From an uncultured Spirochaetota bacterium (GTDB lineage: Bacteria > Spirochaetota > Spirochaetia > SZUA-6 > Fen-1364), in contig CAVUXE010000063.1 in NCBI GenBank assembly GCA_963745235.1, positions 1 through 18,312 on the forward strand: 18,312 nt of DNA. Direction: 5' to 3'. Position 1 is the first letter of the stretch; every line of letters starts with the position of its first letter. A program made the position numbers and the translations under genes. The notes below the pieces were generated by a model. It saw nothing but the letters and a program-made list of their open reading frames with translations, was not told the origin of the DNA and searched no databases. Below, one piece after another: positions 1 to 9,592 of this stretch.

Positions 1-238
1 TTCCTTCTCACAACCGGGGCCTGTTCTTCTTGAACTCCCAACCTGGAAAGGAGGACGTGATAGGCGACAGCTAAAGGATCACGTGCTGCTGTTGTTTTGT
101 CCGCACATTCAGCCTTGTACCAGGCGATCCGCTTCTCCCGGAGCTCCTCATCGTATTCCCGCAATCGTTGATCCGACGCCCCCTTGAGCCTCCCGAGCTC
201 CCGTCGTATCTCCTTGGAGAACAATTTCGTGACCCCGC

Positions 239-294
239 GCTCAACGTCTCTTTGCCGGTCCACCATCTTCCTCCCCAGGCATGTGACGTTATTT
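239..294 (-). repeat. Short attC-like hairpin (56 bp) directly after the DinB stop
   Basis: Minus strand reads AAATAAC GTC aca TGCC(T)GG ... CCGGCA aaga GAC GTTGAGC. AACGTC/GACGTT and TGCCGG/CCGGCA pair, with one bulged base. Confidence 0.4.
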
Positions 295-809
295 CACCTG
301 CTGCCTCTTTCAGGGGTATACGGCGCTTTCGTGTCGATATTTCCAACGAAATATCCAAATCCTGCATGTCCAAGAATTTTCCTTACCGCCATGTCTTCCC
401 CAATATGGTACCAATAGTGATAAATCACTCTTTGAAGCAGATTCCCGTACATCCTGTCGGTAGGCTTCCCATTCACTACGACCATGTCCTGGAGCTTCCT
501 GGTCGTCAAGGTATCCAGCCACCTGTCGGCTGCTTTTGTGATTTTTCTCCAAGCCGTCCACATCGCCCTCGCAGAGGGTGCACTGGGGGGTGAACCAAAC
601 GCGTACCTTTCCTGAACCTCCGGAACGAGCAGCTTCCCAGTTGGAAAGTAGATGAAGTAGCGTTGCTCTTGCCAGGCGAGATGTCCAATAGTCCAGCTGA
701 TGCTGTTCATTGGCATCACTCTTTTCGCGGCGTCCTCTTCTGAGACTTTGGCGGCACGAATGAACTCCGACCTGGTGAATCGCAGTTGCAACACGAGCGG
801 ATGCGGCAT
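294..809 (-). CDS. DinB/YfiT-like family protein
   Basis: MPHPLVLQLRFTRSEF..., NSISWTIGHLAWQE and YHYWYHIGE His motifs typical of the DinB superfamily. Start set at ATG 809, just downstream of the PaiB stop. Confidence 0.8.
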   Translation of the reverse strand: MPHPLVLQLRFTRSEFIRAAKVSEEDAAKRVMPMNSISWTIGHLAWQEQRYFIYFPTGKLLVPEVQERYAFGSPPSAPSARAMWTAWRKITKAADRWLDTLTTRKLQDMVVVNGKPTDRMYGNLLQRVIYHYWYHIGEDMAVRKILGHAGFGYFVGNIDTKAPYTPERGSR

Positions 810-813
810 CTGG

Positions 814-1497
814 CTATTCCTCACTTCCCCGTCTCGAACGTTCGGCCATTGACGGTCCTTCATCTATCCTCCGTGCTTTCTCTCTCTCTTCCATATGTTC
901 AGCAATTGCGGTTGAGCTGGGATCGTCTCGTTCTTTCAGCTTTGAGATAATATTTCGATAGTCTTTCGCGTTTCGATTTTGGCTCAACTTTGCGGCGCAT
1001 TCGGACTTGGTAACCTTCATGGTAAAGCCCACAACGGAGTCCATCATGCTCCGCAAAACATCCTTCGGCACTGCGCCGATCCGATATCTCTCCTCCTCTG
1101 GCGCGCCTTGTTCTTGAAACTCTACCAAACCCTTCAGCAACTCATACAGCTCATCATGATTCTCGACCGCGTGCGGATTCCCATACATCTGCACGGTGAC
1201 ATAGTTCCACGTCGGCGCTGAAGGAACCGAATACCACCCGGCCGAAACGTAGGCGTGGGGGCCTTCGAAAATTGCCAATGCTTCCGGCGTTTGCCCAAAA
1301 GTCTTCCATTGAGGATTGGCGCGTGACAGATGACCGGACAAGAGCGTGTCGGATCCCGACTCCGTGAGGTGAAAAAGGAGTTGAGTTGCCAGGGGGCGCG
1401 TGCCGTCCCAGGTGACAAGAAGCCCAAAGCCATGCTTTCTGACGAAATCCTTGATGAAGGATTGATCGGACTCTGCGAAGTGACGTGGGACGTACAT
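814..1497 (-). CDS. paiB: FMN-binding negative transcriptional regulator (PaiB family)
   Basis: MYVPRHF start, GHLSRANPQW, FEGPHAYVSAGWY, APTWNYVTV, KLSQNR motifs. Confidence 0.9.
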   Translation of the reverse strand: MYVPRHFAESDQSFIKDFVRKHGFGLLVTWDGTRPLATQLLFHLTESGSDTLLSGHLSRANPQWKTFGQTPEALAIFEGPHAYVSAGWYSVPSAPTWNYVTVQMYGNPHAVENHDELYELLKGLVEFQEQGAPEEERYRIGAVPKDVLRSMMDSVVGFTMKVTKSECAAKLSQNRNAKDYRNIISKLKERDDPSSTAIAEHMEEREKARRIDEGPSMAERSRRGSEE

Positions 1498-1678
1498 CTG
1501 AAACGTCCTTTCTGCGGCCGCTATTTGCGACATCTTCAGTATAGTCATTGGTGACCGCTGTTGTCACCAGAGAAGCGCAACCCCGTGGACCGCCACACCG
1601 CATCATTCCGCCAAGGGCCGCGATTGCAAACCGGCAAGGACTGTCAGGCGAAAGCTCCTCACTGAAGCCACGTTTCAA

Positions 1679-2577
1679 TCAGCGATACAGTCCAGTGCTC
1701 AGGTATCTGACTCCTGAGTCTACCATTAACGTCACAACCGTGGCTTTCGGTCCCAACCGTTCGGCAATTCGCAACGCCGCAACGACATTGGCACCCGATG
1801 ATGTCCCGGCGAATATCCCCTCTTCGCGTGCCAGAAGCCTGGCCATTTGTTCAGCCTCCCGAGTCGAGACTGTCATTACTTCATTTACTTTTTCTCTTTG
1901 CCACAGCGGCGGGACGAACCCGATTCCTATACCCTCAATGGTGTGAGATCCGGCGGCTCGGCCGGACAGTACGGCTGATTCTTAAGGCTCCACTGCTACC
2001 ACGTGAACGCGGCGCGTGTGCGTTGAAAGCCCCTCCACTGTTCCATGAATCGAGTGCGCGGTTCCGACCGCGTGAACGAAGGCATCAATAGTGCCTTTGG
2101 TCTGCCGCCAGATCTCTTCCCCCAATGCATGATAGCCCGAGACGGCGTCGCGATTGTTCAACTGGTCCGACCACCAGTGGCCCGGTTGGCGGCTGATCTC
2201 CCTCGCCTTCTCGATCATTTGCTTGATGGTAGTCTCGGTGATCCCTGCCCCTGCGTTGTGGACGGTAGTGACATTTGCTCCAAACGCCATCATGGTAGGC
2301 GCCTTGAGAACACTATTTCGATCTTGTACCCTTTTGCCGCGCAGACAAACGCCAGGGATATCCCCGTAGTGCCTCCCGTGTACTCGACCACGGTTCCGCC
2401 TGGGTCGAGTTGATGATTCTTCTCAGCAGCTTCAATGGCGGCACGCGCCATTCGATCTTTCATGCTGCCAGTTGGATTGGCCATCTCCAATTTCACCAGG
2501 AGTCTGGCGGAGCTCTCGTGAACGACTCGTCGAAGCTGCACCAAAGGCGTGTTCCCGATAGAATCAAGGATATCCAC
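1679..2577 (-). pseudogene. cysK: PLP-dependent cysteine synthase family protein, disrupted
   Basis: IGNTPLV, KLEMANPTGSMKDR, VAVEP, IEGIGIGF, GTSSGANV. Frame break with apparently missing residues near 2295-2305. In-frame TAA at 1982-1984 (EP*ESAVLSG). Confidence 0.88.
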
Positions 2578-2764
2578 AATCGCCCCCTTCTGGGCTTCAA
2601 GCCTGCCGCAACTCTATCACGACTCAAGATTTTTGCGACAAGTCGCTGACGCAGGCCCCATGACGCCAGGCTGAAATCAGGCGGGTGGTACGCGCATCAA
2701 TTTCATTTTACGCCAGTGATGAGTCCCAACGCTTCCACAGCCGATGTCCAGTGCTTTGCCTTGG

Positions 2765-3016
2765 TCATCCCACGTCAGGTCCTTCCAGGACAAGGGAGCG
2801 AATCATTTCCTGAGTGTTTCCTCCCCTAGGAGAGAACAAATACCTTGCGTAGACGAAATAGCCGGCTATGAGAAGAAGCACGTCCGCGAGGATTGCCAGA
2901 TAGAGAAAAAGAACCGACAAGGCGCCAACGATCACAGCGAGGATGGCCGGAGCGAGAATAATCTTTAGTGGAGATTGCACGCGCCTTCTCCGCGCTATCC
3001 CGGAATCGTGGGCCAC
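2765..3016 (-). CDS. Small hypothetical membrane protein
   Basis: Long hydrophobic stretch (IILAPAILAVIVGALSVLFLYLAILADVLLLIAGYFVY), co-oriented with the array. No family recognised. Confidence 0.45.
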   Translation of the reverse strand: MAHDSGIARRRRVQSPLKIILAPAILAVIVGALSVLFLYLAILADVLLLIAGYFVYARYLFSPRGGNTQEMIRSLVLEGPDVG

Positions 3017-3060
3017 AGTGGCTTAAAAACCATTTCCCTGGATCCTGCCACCCAGCGATC

Positions 3061-3474
3061 CTAATTGGCTTTCCGCTTTTCCTTCCGAACTACTAGTTTC
3101 AGCCCCGACCACGTCTCGTCAATGGCGCAGACTTTTATGTCTACAAGCCCGAGCGGCAATGCTATCTCTCTGATTATGTTCTCTGTTACATCCGACTTCA
3201 TTTTGGAGGACTTCTTGGGCCATGAAACCCAGATAACAGCATCTTGCGCGATTTGCGTGATGCATAATTGCAACGATTCACCGAGACGGTTCTTGCTGGT
3301 TGCAAAGATATGAACCATATTGGTGCGTTTTGTCACTCTTGCTTCTACCCGTACACCTTCGGGAATTGGCTTGATGAGCCGTCGGAACTCCTGCGGTTCA
3401 TTCATGATCACCAATTCACTGTTTGGCAATATTCCGAGTTTCTTCGTGAGGGCGGTGGTCGAATATCCTGCCAT
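3061..3474 (-). CDS. DUF3052 family protein
   Basis: MAGYSTTALTKKLGI, IWVSWPKKSSK, GLVDIKVCAIDETWSGLKLV; AGGAG just upstream. Confidence 0.85.
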   Translation of the reverse strand: MAGYSTTALTKKLGILPNSELVIMNEPQEFRRLIKPIPEGVRVEARVTKRTNMVHIFATSKNRLGESLQLCITQIAQDAVIWVSWPKKSSKMKSDVTENIIREIALPLGLVDIKVCAIDETWSGLKLVVRKEKRKAN

Positions 3475-3858
3475 CTCCTGTCTCTCAGTAGTGCCTACGC
3501 TCTTGCTGACTCATGAAGAGAACCGACAGCCGCACTGCTCCCACAGCGTGCCTTCTCCGCCCAGAATGAGACATGCCTCTCTTTCTTCACGATCTTCCTG
3601 AAGTTCACGTGATGTCTCCCGTGGCAAGCCTTGCACTTACCAGGCCATGCTTGTTAGTAAGATAACAAAAATGCCGCGTTAGACAAATATTGATGCGCAA
3701 CGGAGAGTCAGACCCCAGACCACAGTACTGAGCTACTGCGATATTCGGGCTCTTTGGATTTCGGGTCTGCCGCTCCCGGGCACGATTACTCCTTCTGTGA
3801 TTTTGTCATTATCTTTGGACCAGAAGTCATCATCCTGTGCGCTCGAATGGGAGGCGAA

Positions 3859-4395
3859 ATGAGACTCACCGTCGTGACTGCCGTATTCGTTCTATCACTC
3901 ATAGCACCACTTGTGGCATCATCGGAAACCAGCTCGCAGGATCTCTCCTCAAGTCAAGATGAGTTCACACCACTGAATATCGGAAGCACTGCACCGGATT
4001 TCACGGAAAAGGACATTTATGACAGACAGACTATCGCCTTGAGCGGCTATCGCGGGGAAGTGGTCATGCTCAACTTCTGGGCAACATGGTGCCCACCATG
4101 CCGCGATGAGATACCCGCACTCGAGGCTTTGCAGAAGGCATACAAAGGCAGACTGGTCATAATTGGAGCTTCCGTCTATTCTACGAGTACAAACACTGAG
4201 CTTTTCTACTGGGAGTACAAAATCAACTATCCGATGATCTATGGTTCATATGACCTGATGGGAAAGTATGGAAAGGTGAGCTCCATACCGACGACGTTTC
4301 TTATCGACAGAGATGGCAAGATCGCAGCCAGGGTAGTTGGTTCTCGAACAAAGGATGAATACGAAAGCTTGCTAAGGCCTCTCCTTTCCAAATAG
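3859..4395 (+). CDS. TlpA-family thiol-disulfide oxidoreductase, exported
   Basis: Signal peptide, APDF, LNFWATWCPPCRDEIP, IPTTFLIDRDG; GGAGG RBS before ATG 3859. Confidence 0.9.
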   Translation: MRLTVVTAVFVLSLIAPLVASSETSSQDLSSSQDEFTPLNIGSTAPDFTEKDIYDRQTIALSGYRGEVVMLNFWATWCPPCRDEIPALEALQKAYKGRLVIIGASVYSTSTNTELFYWEYKINYPMIYGSYDLMGKYGKVSSIPTTFLIDRDGKIAARVVGSRTKDEYESLLRPLLSK

Positions 4396-4494
4396 AAATC
4401 ACTTTCCCCTCCGCAGTATGGGAAGCGGGCTCCGTTGCAAAGCTGCGAGGTAATCCGAATCTTGGATCTCCCTTGAGTGTTCGAGACCTCGTTG

Positions 4495-4607
4495 GCGGGG
4501 GTTGAGTCGGGCTGCCCCGCCGCATCAACCCGGCAGCAGAGCGTCGAAATCAAAGACCCTGCTATCCGCTCAGAGGCCAAGGGCCGGTTTTCAGCGAGTT
4601 GTTGGGA
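4495..4607 (-). repeat. Degenerate attC site (R' core lost)
   Basis: Minus strand TCCCAAC-AACTC-GCTGAAAACC ... CCGGGTTGATGCGGCGGGGCAGC closely parallels the 14376-14498 element, but no GTT follows. Confidence 0.65.
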
Positions 4608-4633
4608 GGCCACACCGCAAGGGCCTGGTCCGT

Positions 4634-5287
4634 TCATTCAAATACCAGCTGCCCTCGTGGACTGTCGATAGTTGCCCTCAGCGCCACGGATCCATTGCGA
4701 ATCTGAAAATCTATTTCAAGACTTCTCAAAAGATCGTTTGCTCGTCTGGCATCCGGATGAAACGCTTCCAACTTTATCAATCTACAACCCTTCGGGGAGC
4801 TCACTGCCGGGTGCGGTGAGTCACCCCAATTGATGAAATAGGGTATGACTCCATCCTCGCGGTTTTTCGAAAGATCCGTCATGGTCCACTTTAGGACTGT
4901 CCCATCAGGCTTCGTACGGCTTCTCTCTTGAAGCTCTCCGAGGTCTAATCCTTGCCGTTTTGCCGCTTCAATGACCGATTGCATATCATCTGTTCGGGCA
5001 ACCCAAGTTACCAGGCGAGGCTTCAGCATCCTATCTATGCCAAATGGCCGTGGCTCATTTGGGTCAGGTTGGCTTGGATCTGGACCCATTATCTCCAAGT
5101 ATGCCCTTGGGCCCAACGATAGAAGTGCGTTCCTTGTGCCCCAGGTCGGATGTTGGCCGCCAATCGCGGCTCGAACACCAAGTAGTTGTTCGATTTGGTC
5201 GATAGTTGCATCCAGATCTGGTGTGGCATAGACAAGATGGTCTATTGCAGAAAGCAAGGGTGTCACGCTGCCATCAAACTTACGCAC
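4634..5287 (-). CDS. VOC family protein (Glyoxalase_3-like)
   Basis: IDHLVYATPDL, GGQHPTWGTRNALL, YLEIMGPDP, PYFINWGDSPHP. The true start may be slightly downstream. Confidence 0.88.
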   Translation of the reverse strand: MRKFDGSVTPLLSAIDHLVYATPDLDATIDQIEQLLGVRAAIGGQHPTWGTRNALLSLGPRAYLEIMGPDPSQPDPNEPRPFGIDRMLKPRLVTWVARTDDMQSVIEAAKRQGLDLGELQERSRTKPDGTVLKWTMTDLSKNREDGVIPYFINWGDSPHPAVSSPKGCRLIKLEAFHPDARRANDLLRSLEIDFQIRNGSVALRATIDSPRGQLVFE

Positions 5288-5388
5288 AATTGCCTGCTCC
5301 GGAAAGGGCGCCTGCGAGTAGCGGACTTACCGTAAGGTGTCGGCATTTTTCCCAACTTCAGCGCCTTCTTCGATCATCACCACGACAC

Positions 5389-5998
5389 TTAGCCACGCCT
5401 TCTGCCAGACTGAAACGGGTTGCTGACTCTGGCGAACCGCACCGCCAGTCCTGCAAGCACCAACGCGTAGAGAAAATAGCTCAGCCAGGGCAGAATCCAT
5501 CCTATCCCAATTGCTACGAGATACACTCCGTTGGGGATAGCGTACGCCGGGATTTGACCGCGTAGCGTCCTTGGACTTATTACTCTCACGCATAGCTCAT
5601 GGTGTTTCATTAGGTAGATATTGATGAACAGGCCGGTCACGTTGGCCAGAATAAGGGTCAATTCCATATATCGCTATCGGAACGCCTTCAAGTGGATACC
5701 GTCCCAAGAGTGAAGTCGGAAACGGCATTGCGCTTACAAACAGGAGCCATATCAGGTTCAACCAAATCAAGGTACCGTCGATTTGCTTGACATTCAAAGC
5801 AACTCTATGATTCGCGATCCAATATAAGCCAACCACGAAGAAGCTGAGTACGTATGTGAATGCCTGAGGAAGCATTCTAACCAAAGCCGGGCCTAGGTTA
5901 GCAGATTGGACCTCCGGAATTCGGATATCAAGAATAAGGAGGGTAATGACAATTGCATAGACGCCATCGGTGAAGGCTTCCAACCGCTGCTTATTCAA
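5389..5998 (-). pseudogene. TMEM175/DUF1211 family potassium channel, frameshifted
   Basis: RLEAFTDGVYAIVITLLILDI signature. One extra base in the C run near 5655 splits it into ORFs 5597-5998 and 5389-5667. Confidence 0.85.
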
Positions 5999-6010
5999 AT
6001 AGGCACCCGC

Positions 6011-6128
6011 CGGAAGACACGAGCTTACCGCAAACGTCCCAGCCCTTCAAGGCACCGGCTGGACCGAGCGACCGCTTGCATCGAGTCGATGCCTCCCTTA
6101 AAGAATCAACTGCAAGGATTTCTTTGGC
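6011..6128 (-). repeat. Decayed attC site downstream of the DUF3916 gene
   Basis: GCCAAAGAAATCCTTGCAGTTGATTCTTTAAG aligns without gaps to the 15618 left arm GCATAACAAATCGCTGAAGCTGACTCCTTAGG. Right end TAAGCTCGTGTCTTCC lies at the expected ~116 bp distance. Both cores are mutated. Confidence 0.5.
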
Positions 6129-6137
6129 TTCTCGGCT

Positions 6138-6668
6138 TTAAGCCTTCCATATGATCCAATTTTCTTCTACGAATCTCTTATCCACATCTTTGGAAGTCCT
6201 GAGAAAACCCTTGACACGATAGTCGTTCGGCAAAGACAAGTTGAGCTCTCTTGCAATATTCCCTGAACTCAACGCTGTCCAGTTTCCAGGCGAAACAGTA
6301 TTGTTGACCAATTGCTCAAAATATCGAGGATCAATACATATATCGATTCGCGATTGCGACAGAAATGGGACTGAAACGAGCAGCAGGGCCTGGTATTTAC
6401 GTTTCATCAAGTCGTCTAGTTCAATCAACTTGTCAACGAGCAGTTGCAGGAATTCCTTGCGCAGTTTTTTTGAGCTGTGCGTAGAGTCGACCAATTTTGA
6501 TGGGTTTGGCAGATGGTAATGCCAGACCTTGTCATGTCCAAAGCTTTCATTTGGGATATTGCGAAGAATCGATTCCAATTTGGTTCCGAACGAAAGAAGC
6601 TTTCTTTTTGAGCCACGAACCTTCTTTCGAATGTGAAACTGTTGGGGTATGCTTAAGTCGCGCCGCAT
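6138..6668 (-). CDS. DUF3916-like protein
   Basis: KKVRGSKRK, WHYHLP..SKLVD, ARELNLSLP, terminal ENWIIW pattern; GAGGGGG upstream of ATG 6668; visibly more AT-rich than its neighbours. Confidence 0.7.
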   Translation of the reverse strand: MRRDLSIPQQFHIRKKVRGSKRKLLSFGTKLESILRNIPNESFGHDKVWHYHLPNPSKLVDSTHSSKKLRKEFLQLLVDKLIELDDLMKRKYQALLLVSVPFLSQSRIDICIDPRYFEQLVNNTVSPGNWTALSSGNIARELNLSLPNDYRVKGFLRTSKDVDKRFVEENWIIWKA

Positions 6669-6699
6669 ATTCTTATTATACCCCCTCAAAGCAAAATAT

Positions 6700-6790
6700 G
6701 CATAACGTATGGCTGAGTCGCCCCCCTAAGTTCCGCACCACAGTTCATGGATCTTTGAGGCGGCACTTTAGGTGACAATTTGACCTTCAA
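6700..6790 (-). repeat. attC right half (L'-R') with intact GTTATGC core
   Basis: Minus strand ...GGGCGACTCAGCCATAC-GTTATGC, 32 bp upstream of the DUF3916 start. The left arm is unclear. Confidence 0.55.
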
Positions 6791-6874
6791 CCTGGCGGCA
6801 ATGCTGTTCTCCAGGAACTCCGCCGATTTTGACGCAGGTTGGCCACTCCAAGAAGCAGGCGTGGAATCACGCAG

Positions 6875-7435
6875 TCAAGCCGTCTTGACCAACAAAGCAG
6901 AATGATTTGACTTTATCTCCGGGGCTGCGCCCATCACGAATCCGGCCTGCCTTGCAAGGTCAAGGGAAGTATCAAATTCCGTTTGAGTAATGTGGTTCGC
7001 CGGCTCCGAAAACAGCACTTTGCCACCGGGTCTTAGGGCTGTAAATGATTCCTTGAAGAATTTGCCGGAATCTGGCAACTCATGAACAACGGCAAACGCC
7101 AAAATGAATTCAACCTTCCCTTTTAGATCCTCGATCCCCATTCCGTCTGAATTGGCATGCCTCACCTCAATACGGCTCCCGAAGCCCTTGCGATCTGCCC
7201 TCCTCTTGAGGGTGTCGAGCATCTTTTGTTGAATATCTACTGCAACAACTCGACCCTTCAGCCCTATTAGCCGTGCCATCTGGAGCGTAAAGAATCCCAT
7301 CCCGGGTCCTGGCTCAAGGACAGTCATTCCTTCATGCACATATGGCCTAAGAATGATGGAAGGATTGGTGATCAGCTTCCTCAAGGGATTTGCGAGGAGA
7401 TAACCCAGCCACCAAGGACAAACGTCGTGATGCAT
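6875..7435 (-). CDS. Class I SAM-dependent methyltransferase
   Basis: VLEPGPGMGFFT motif I, VVAVDIQ, LRPGGKVLFSEP; AAGGAG RBS. Confidence 0.92.
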   Translation of the reverse strand: MHHDVCPWWLGYLLANPLRKLITNPSIILRPYVHEGMTVLEPGPGMGFFTLQMARLIGLKGRVVAVDIQQKMLDTLKRRADRKGFGSRIEVRHANSDGMGIEDLKGKVEFILAFAVVHELPDSGKFFKESFTALRPGGKVLFSEPANHITQTEFDTSLDLARQAGFVMGAAPEIKSNHSALLVKTA

Positions 7436-7644
7436 CCTTGACTCCTTTTGACTCTGATGACGATCAACGGTACGCTTCTTGCCTGATGACGGTAAGAGCG
7501 CAGATTCTGAAAGGGCGAGGTTTATCCGCTGGAAAGCTGACAGAGCAAGACTTTGGAATTGCTCAGTTGCCCCGGCGAGAGCAGCCAGGCAATCACAATT
7601 CTACCAATCGAGACGACATTTCAAGGTGGCCCTGAGAGGTTGTA

Positions 7645-8121
7645 CTATCTTCTAGACTTTGTTTCTTTTCCATTCGGTTTCAACTTTTGTTTTTCCGCAA
7701 GCATCGTAGAAGCAGGTCGCACCTTCATTAGTTCTGAAAGGAACTGGACGACCGATCTACATTCTGCAGCACTCTCGATTTCAAACCGAAGAGCGTATCC
7801 TTCCGAGTATTTGGTTCCAGCTTCAAGTTGAGGAAACAGCTTCTCGCATTCCTTTTTCTGTAGGAAGGCCGCTCTTTCCCCGTCCCGTACGGTCAGGCTA
7901 ATTTCGACACCTTCCTCGAACGCTATCAGATAGTATAGGGCCTTGCGCATGTCATCTACCTTGAGTATCCAGCCATTACCGCGGCTATATTGCCACTGTT
8001 TTCGATAATCGCCCGATAGGTCTACGATAGTCCTGTAGTAGTCCATGGCACTGCCGAGTTGCTTTCGAAGAAGGGTCTCGGTAGGTGCAACAGAGGCATC
8101 GGTAAACAATCTTCGCTTCAT
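7645..8121 (-). CDS. DUF3788-like protein
   Basis: PTE..L...LG, QWQYSRGNGWILK, KALYYL, EGYALRFEI pattern resembles DUF3788. Confidence 0.6.
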   Translation of the reverse strand: MKRRLFTDASVAPTETLLRKQLGSAMDYYRTIVDLSGDYRKQWQYSRGNGWILKVDDMRKALYYLIAFEEGVEISLTVRDGERAAFLQKKECEKLFPQLEAGTKYSEGYALRFEIESAAECRSVVQFLSELMKVRPASTMLAEKQKLKPNGKETKSRR

Positions 8122-8581
8122 TTGGACCTTTCACGGACTGATTCGCCTGCTCGTGGAACAACTTGTCAGAGCCCACTTCGGGCCTTGGCGGATCTTCCAA
8201 CAGAGGATATCGCAACGCAACAGAAAGTGCCAGTCGCCTATTCGCGCGTTCATTCTTTGGAGCACAGAACATCCAGTTATGCCGGATCCGGCTTTGGACT
8301 CATGGGATACAGAAAGGAACGAAGATCTCTGAAAGATTCTCCATGAGACGCAGCGGGTCGACGACACCTTCAGAGAACGCGCTGAAAAGCGCTGATAAGC
8401 TTCAGCTTGCCATCTCCCGCCTCGGGAAGGTCACCCCCATTTCCCGCGCGGAGCCTTTCTTTTCCGGTAGCGGCATCCTTTCCGGTAAAAACAATTCGTT
8501 CCTCCGTTCTTCGGGCATTTCTTGCACTTCCATTCCGCCGTAAGGCAAAATCCGGCCGCAGGCATCTCGATTTGGAATCGT

Positions 8582-8637
8582 CTTCAACCAGGAGCAGTTG
8601 CGCTGCCGTACGCCTCTAGCGCTGAGAACAGTTGAAA
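8582..8637 (-). repeat. Possible short attC-like hairpin overlapping the SnoaL 3' end
   Basis: TTTCAAC ... CAGCGCT ... AGCG(CAA)CTG ... GTTGAAG; TTCAAC/GTTGAA are complementary. Confidence 0.3.
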
Positions 8638-9057
8638 TCCCCTGCCAATATTCTATAGAAGTAGTCCAATCCTCCCGCGCTCAAATTGGATTCGACTATC
8701 TTCCCCCCCAGAAATCTTCAGGATCTGCATGTCAGTGAAACGGCTCAGTCGGTGTGTTGGCTGAAAACCCTCGTACGGATTCTCGTGAGTCCCGATAAAG
8801 GCTACCTGCAGGGCAACCCGATCTCCTTCTGCAATTAGGTTGTTGACTTCGACCCGGAGGTCTGGAAATGCGTTCCTGTAAGCTTGAATGATGACCTTCA
8901 CTTCGTCCGTGGTGCGTCTTTGATCTGTAGGAGGCCATTCGTTCCAGTGCAAGACATGCTCCGGGGCATATACTTCGTCTATCACGTCCAAGTCTCCACG
9001 CGCCCAGCCTTGCTCGTAGAGCTTAGCAACAAGCCTCTTGTTGTCCATTTCCGCCAT
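8616..9057 (-). pseudogene. SnoaL-like ester cyclase, probable +1 frameshift in a G7 run
   Basis: NKRLV..LYEQGW.RGDLDVIDE, AFPDL, AEGDRV, GTH. Removing one G at 8703-8709 restores the family-typical GGKIVES and ends the gene at TAG 8616. The called ORF ends at 8653. Confidence 0.75.
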
Positions 9058-9084
9058 GGTGTCACCCCTTGAAGTAGTTCATTT

Positions 9085-9280
9085 GCGACTACCGATCGAT
9101 GCAAGACAAGCAGCGCGGGGCGTCAACCGCAGCTACTCGCCGTGTTCATTCCGGCGCGTTCTGGCCATCATGATAAGGGTGCTGCGAGATCCGCGAATCG
9201 CATCTCACTATTGCGGTCGAGCCCAACGGCGACACTTTCCGCACGCAGGTAGAGAAGTCGGTCTCAACGACCTGTCAGAC
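9085..9280 (-). repeat. Diverged intergenic repeat, copy 1 (long attC-like element plus flank)
   Basis: Collinear blocks shared with 10743-10922: GGTCG.TGAG...GAC-N10-GCGTGCGGAAAG, ATGATGG, ACGGCG, TTGAC, CGATCG.TAGTCG. Confidence 0.55.
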
Positions 9281-9304
9281 GGACTAGCCTCCGAATGAAA
9301 TCTC

Positions 9305-9592
9305 CTAGACCTCTGCTATTTCAGTCACAATGAGATCGAGTCCCATCTTTGTTGCTTCTTGTCCGAACAGGGCAATTGACTTACTACGTGCCTCATCTTC
9401 TGAAGTCGCCTTTATCCTACTCGCTGGAATGCTTATCCTGTAATCACTATCACGCACCCGCAAGATCGGAGAATTGTATGAGTCTCCTATCCTGACAGTG
9501 CGCCCTAGGAGATAGACATTGTACTTCTTAGGGAAACCATTCTCGTCTCTTTCTTTACTCCATAGTTGAACTTGCGTAAGGACTGCCATCAT
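9305..9592 (-). CDS. Hypothetical protein (~95 aa)
   Basis: AAGGAGGG RBS before ATG 9592, co-oriented, followed by an attC-like arm. No family recognised. Confidence 0.7.
   Translation of the reverse strand: MMAVLTQVQLWSKERDENGFPKKYNVYLLGRTVRIGDSYNSPILRVRDSDYRISIPASRIKATSEDEARSKSIALFGQEATKMGLDLIVTEIAEV

Noticed and set aside
1555-1678. attC between cysteine synthase and PaiB
   Set aside because: Right size, but no convincing core sites or pairing by eye.
3495-3655. Minus-strand frame containing KCKACH (CxxCH haem motif)
   Set aside because: A TAA lies just upstream, with no start codon or signal peptide; likely chance.
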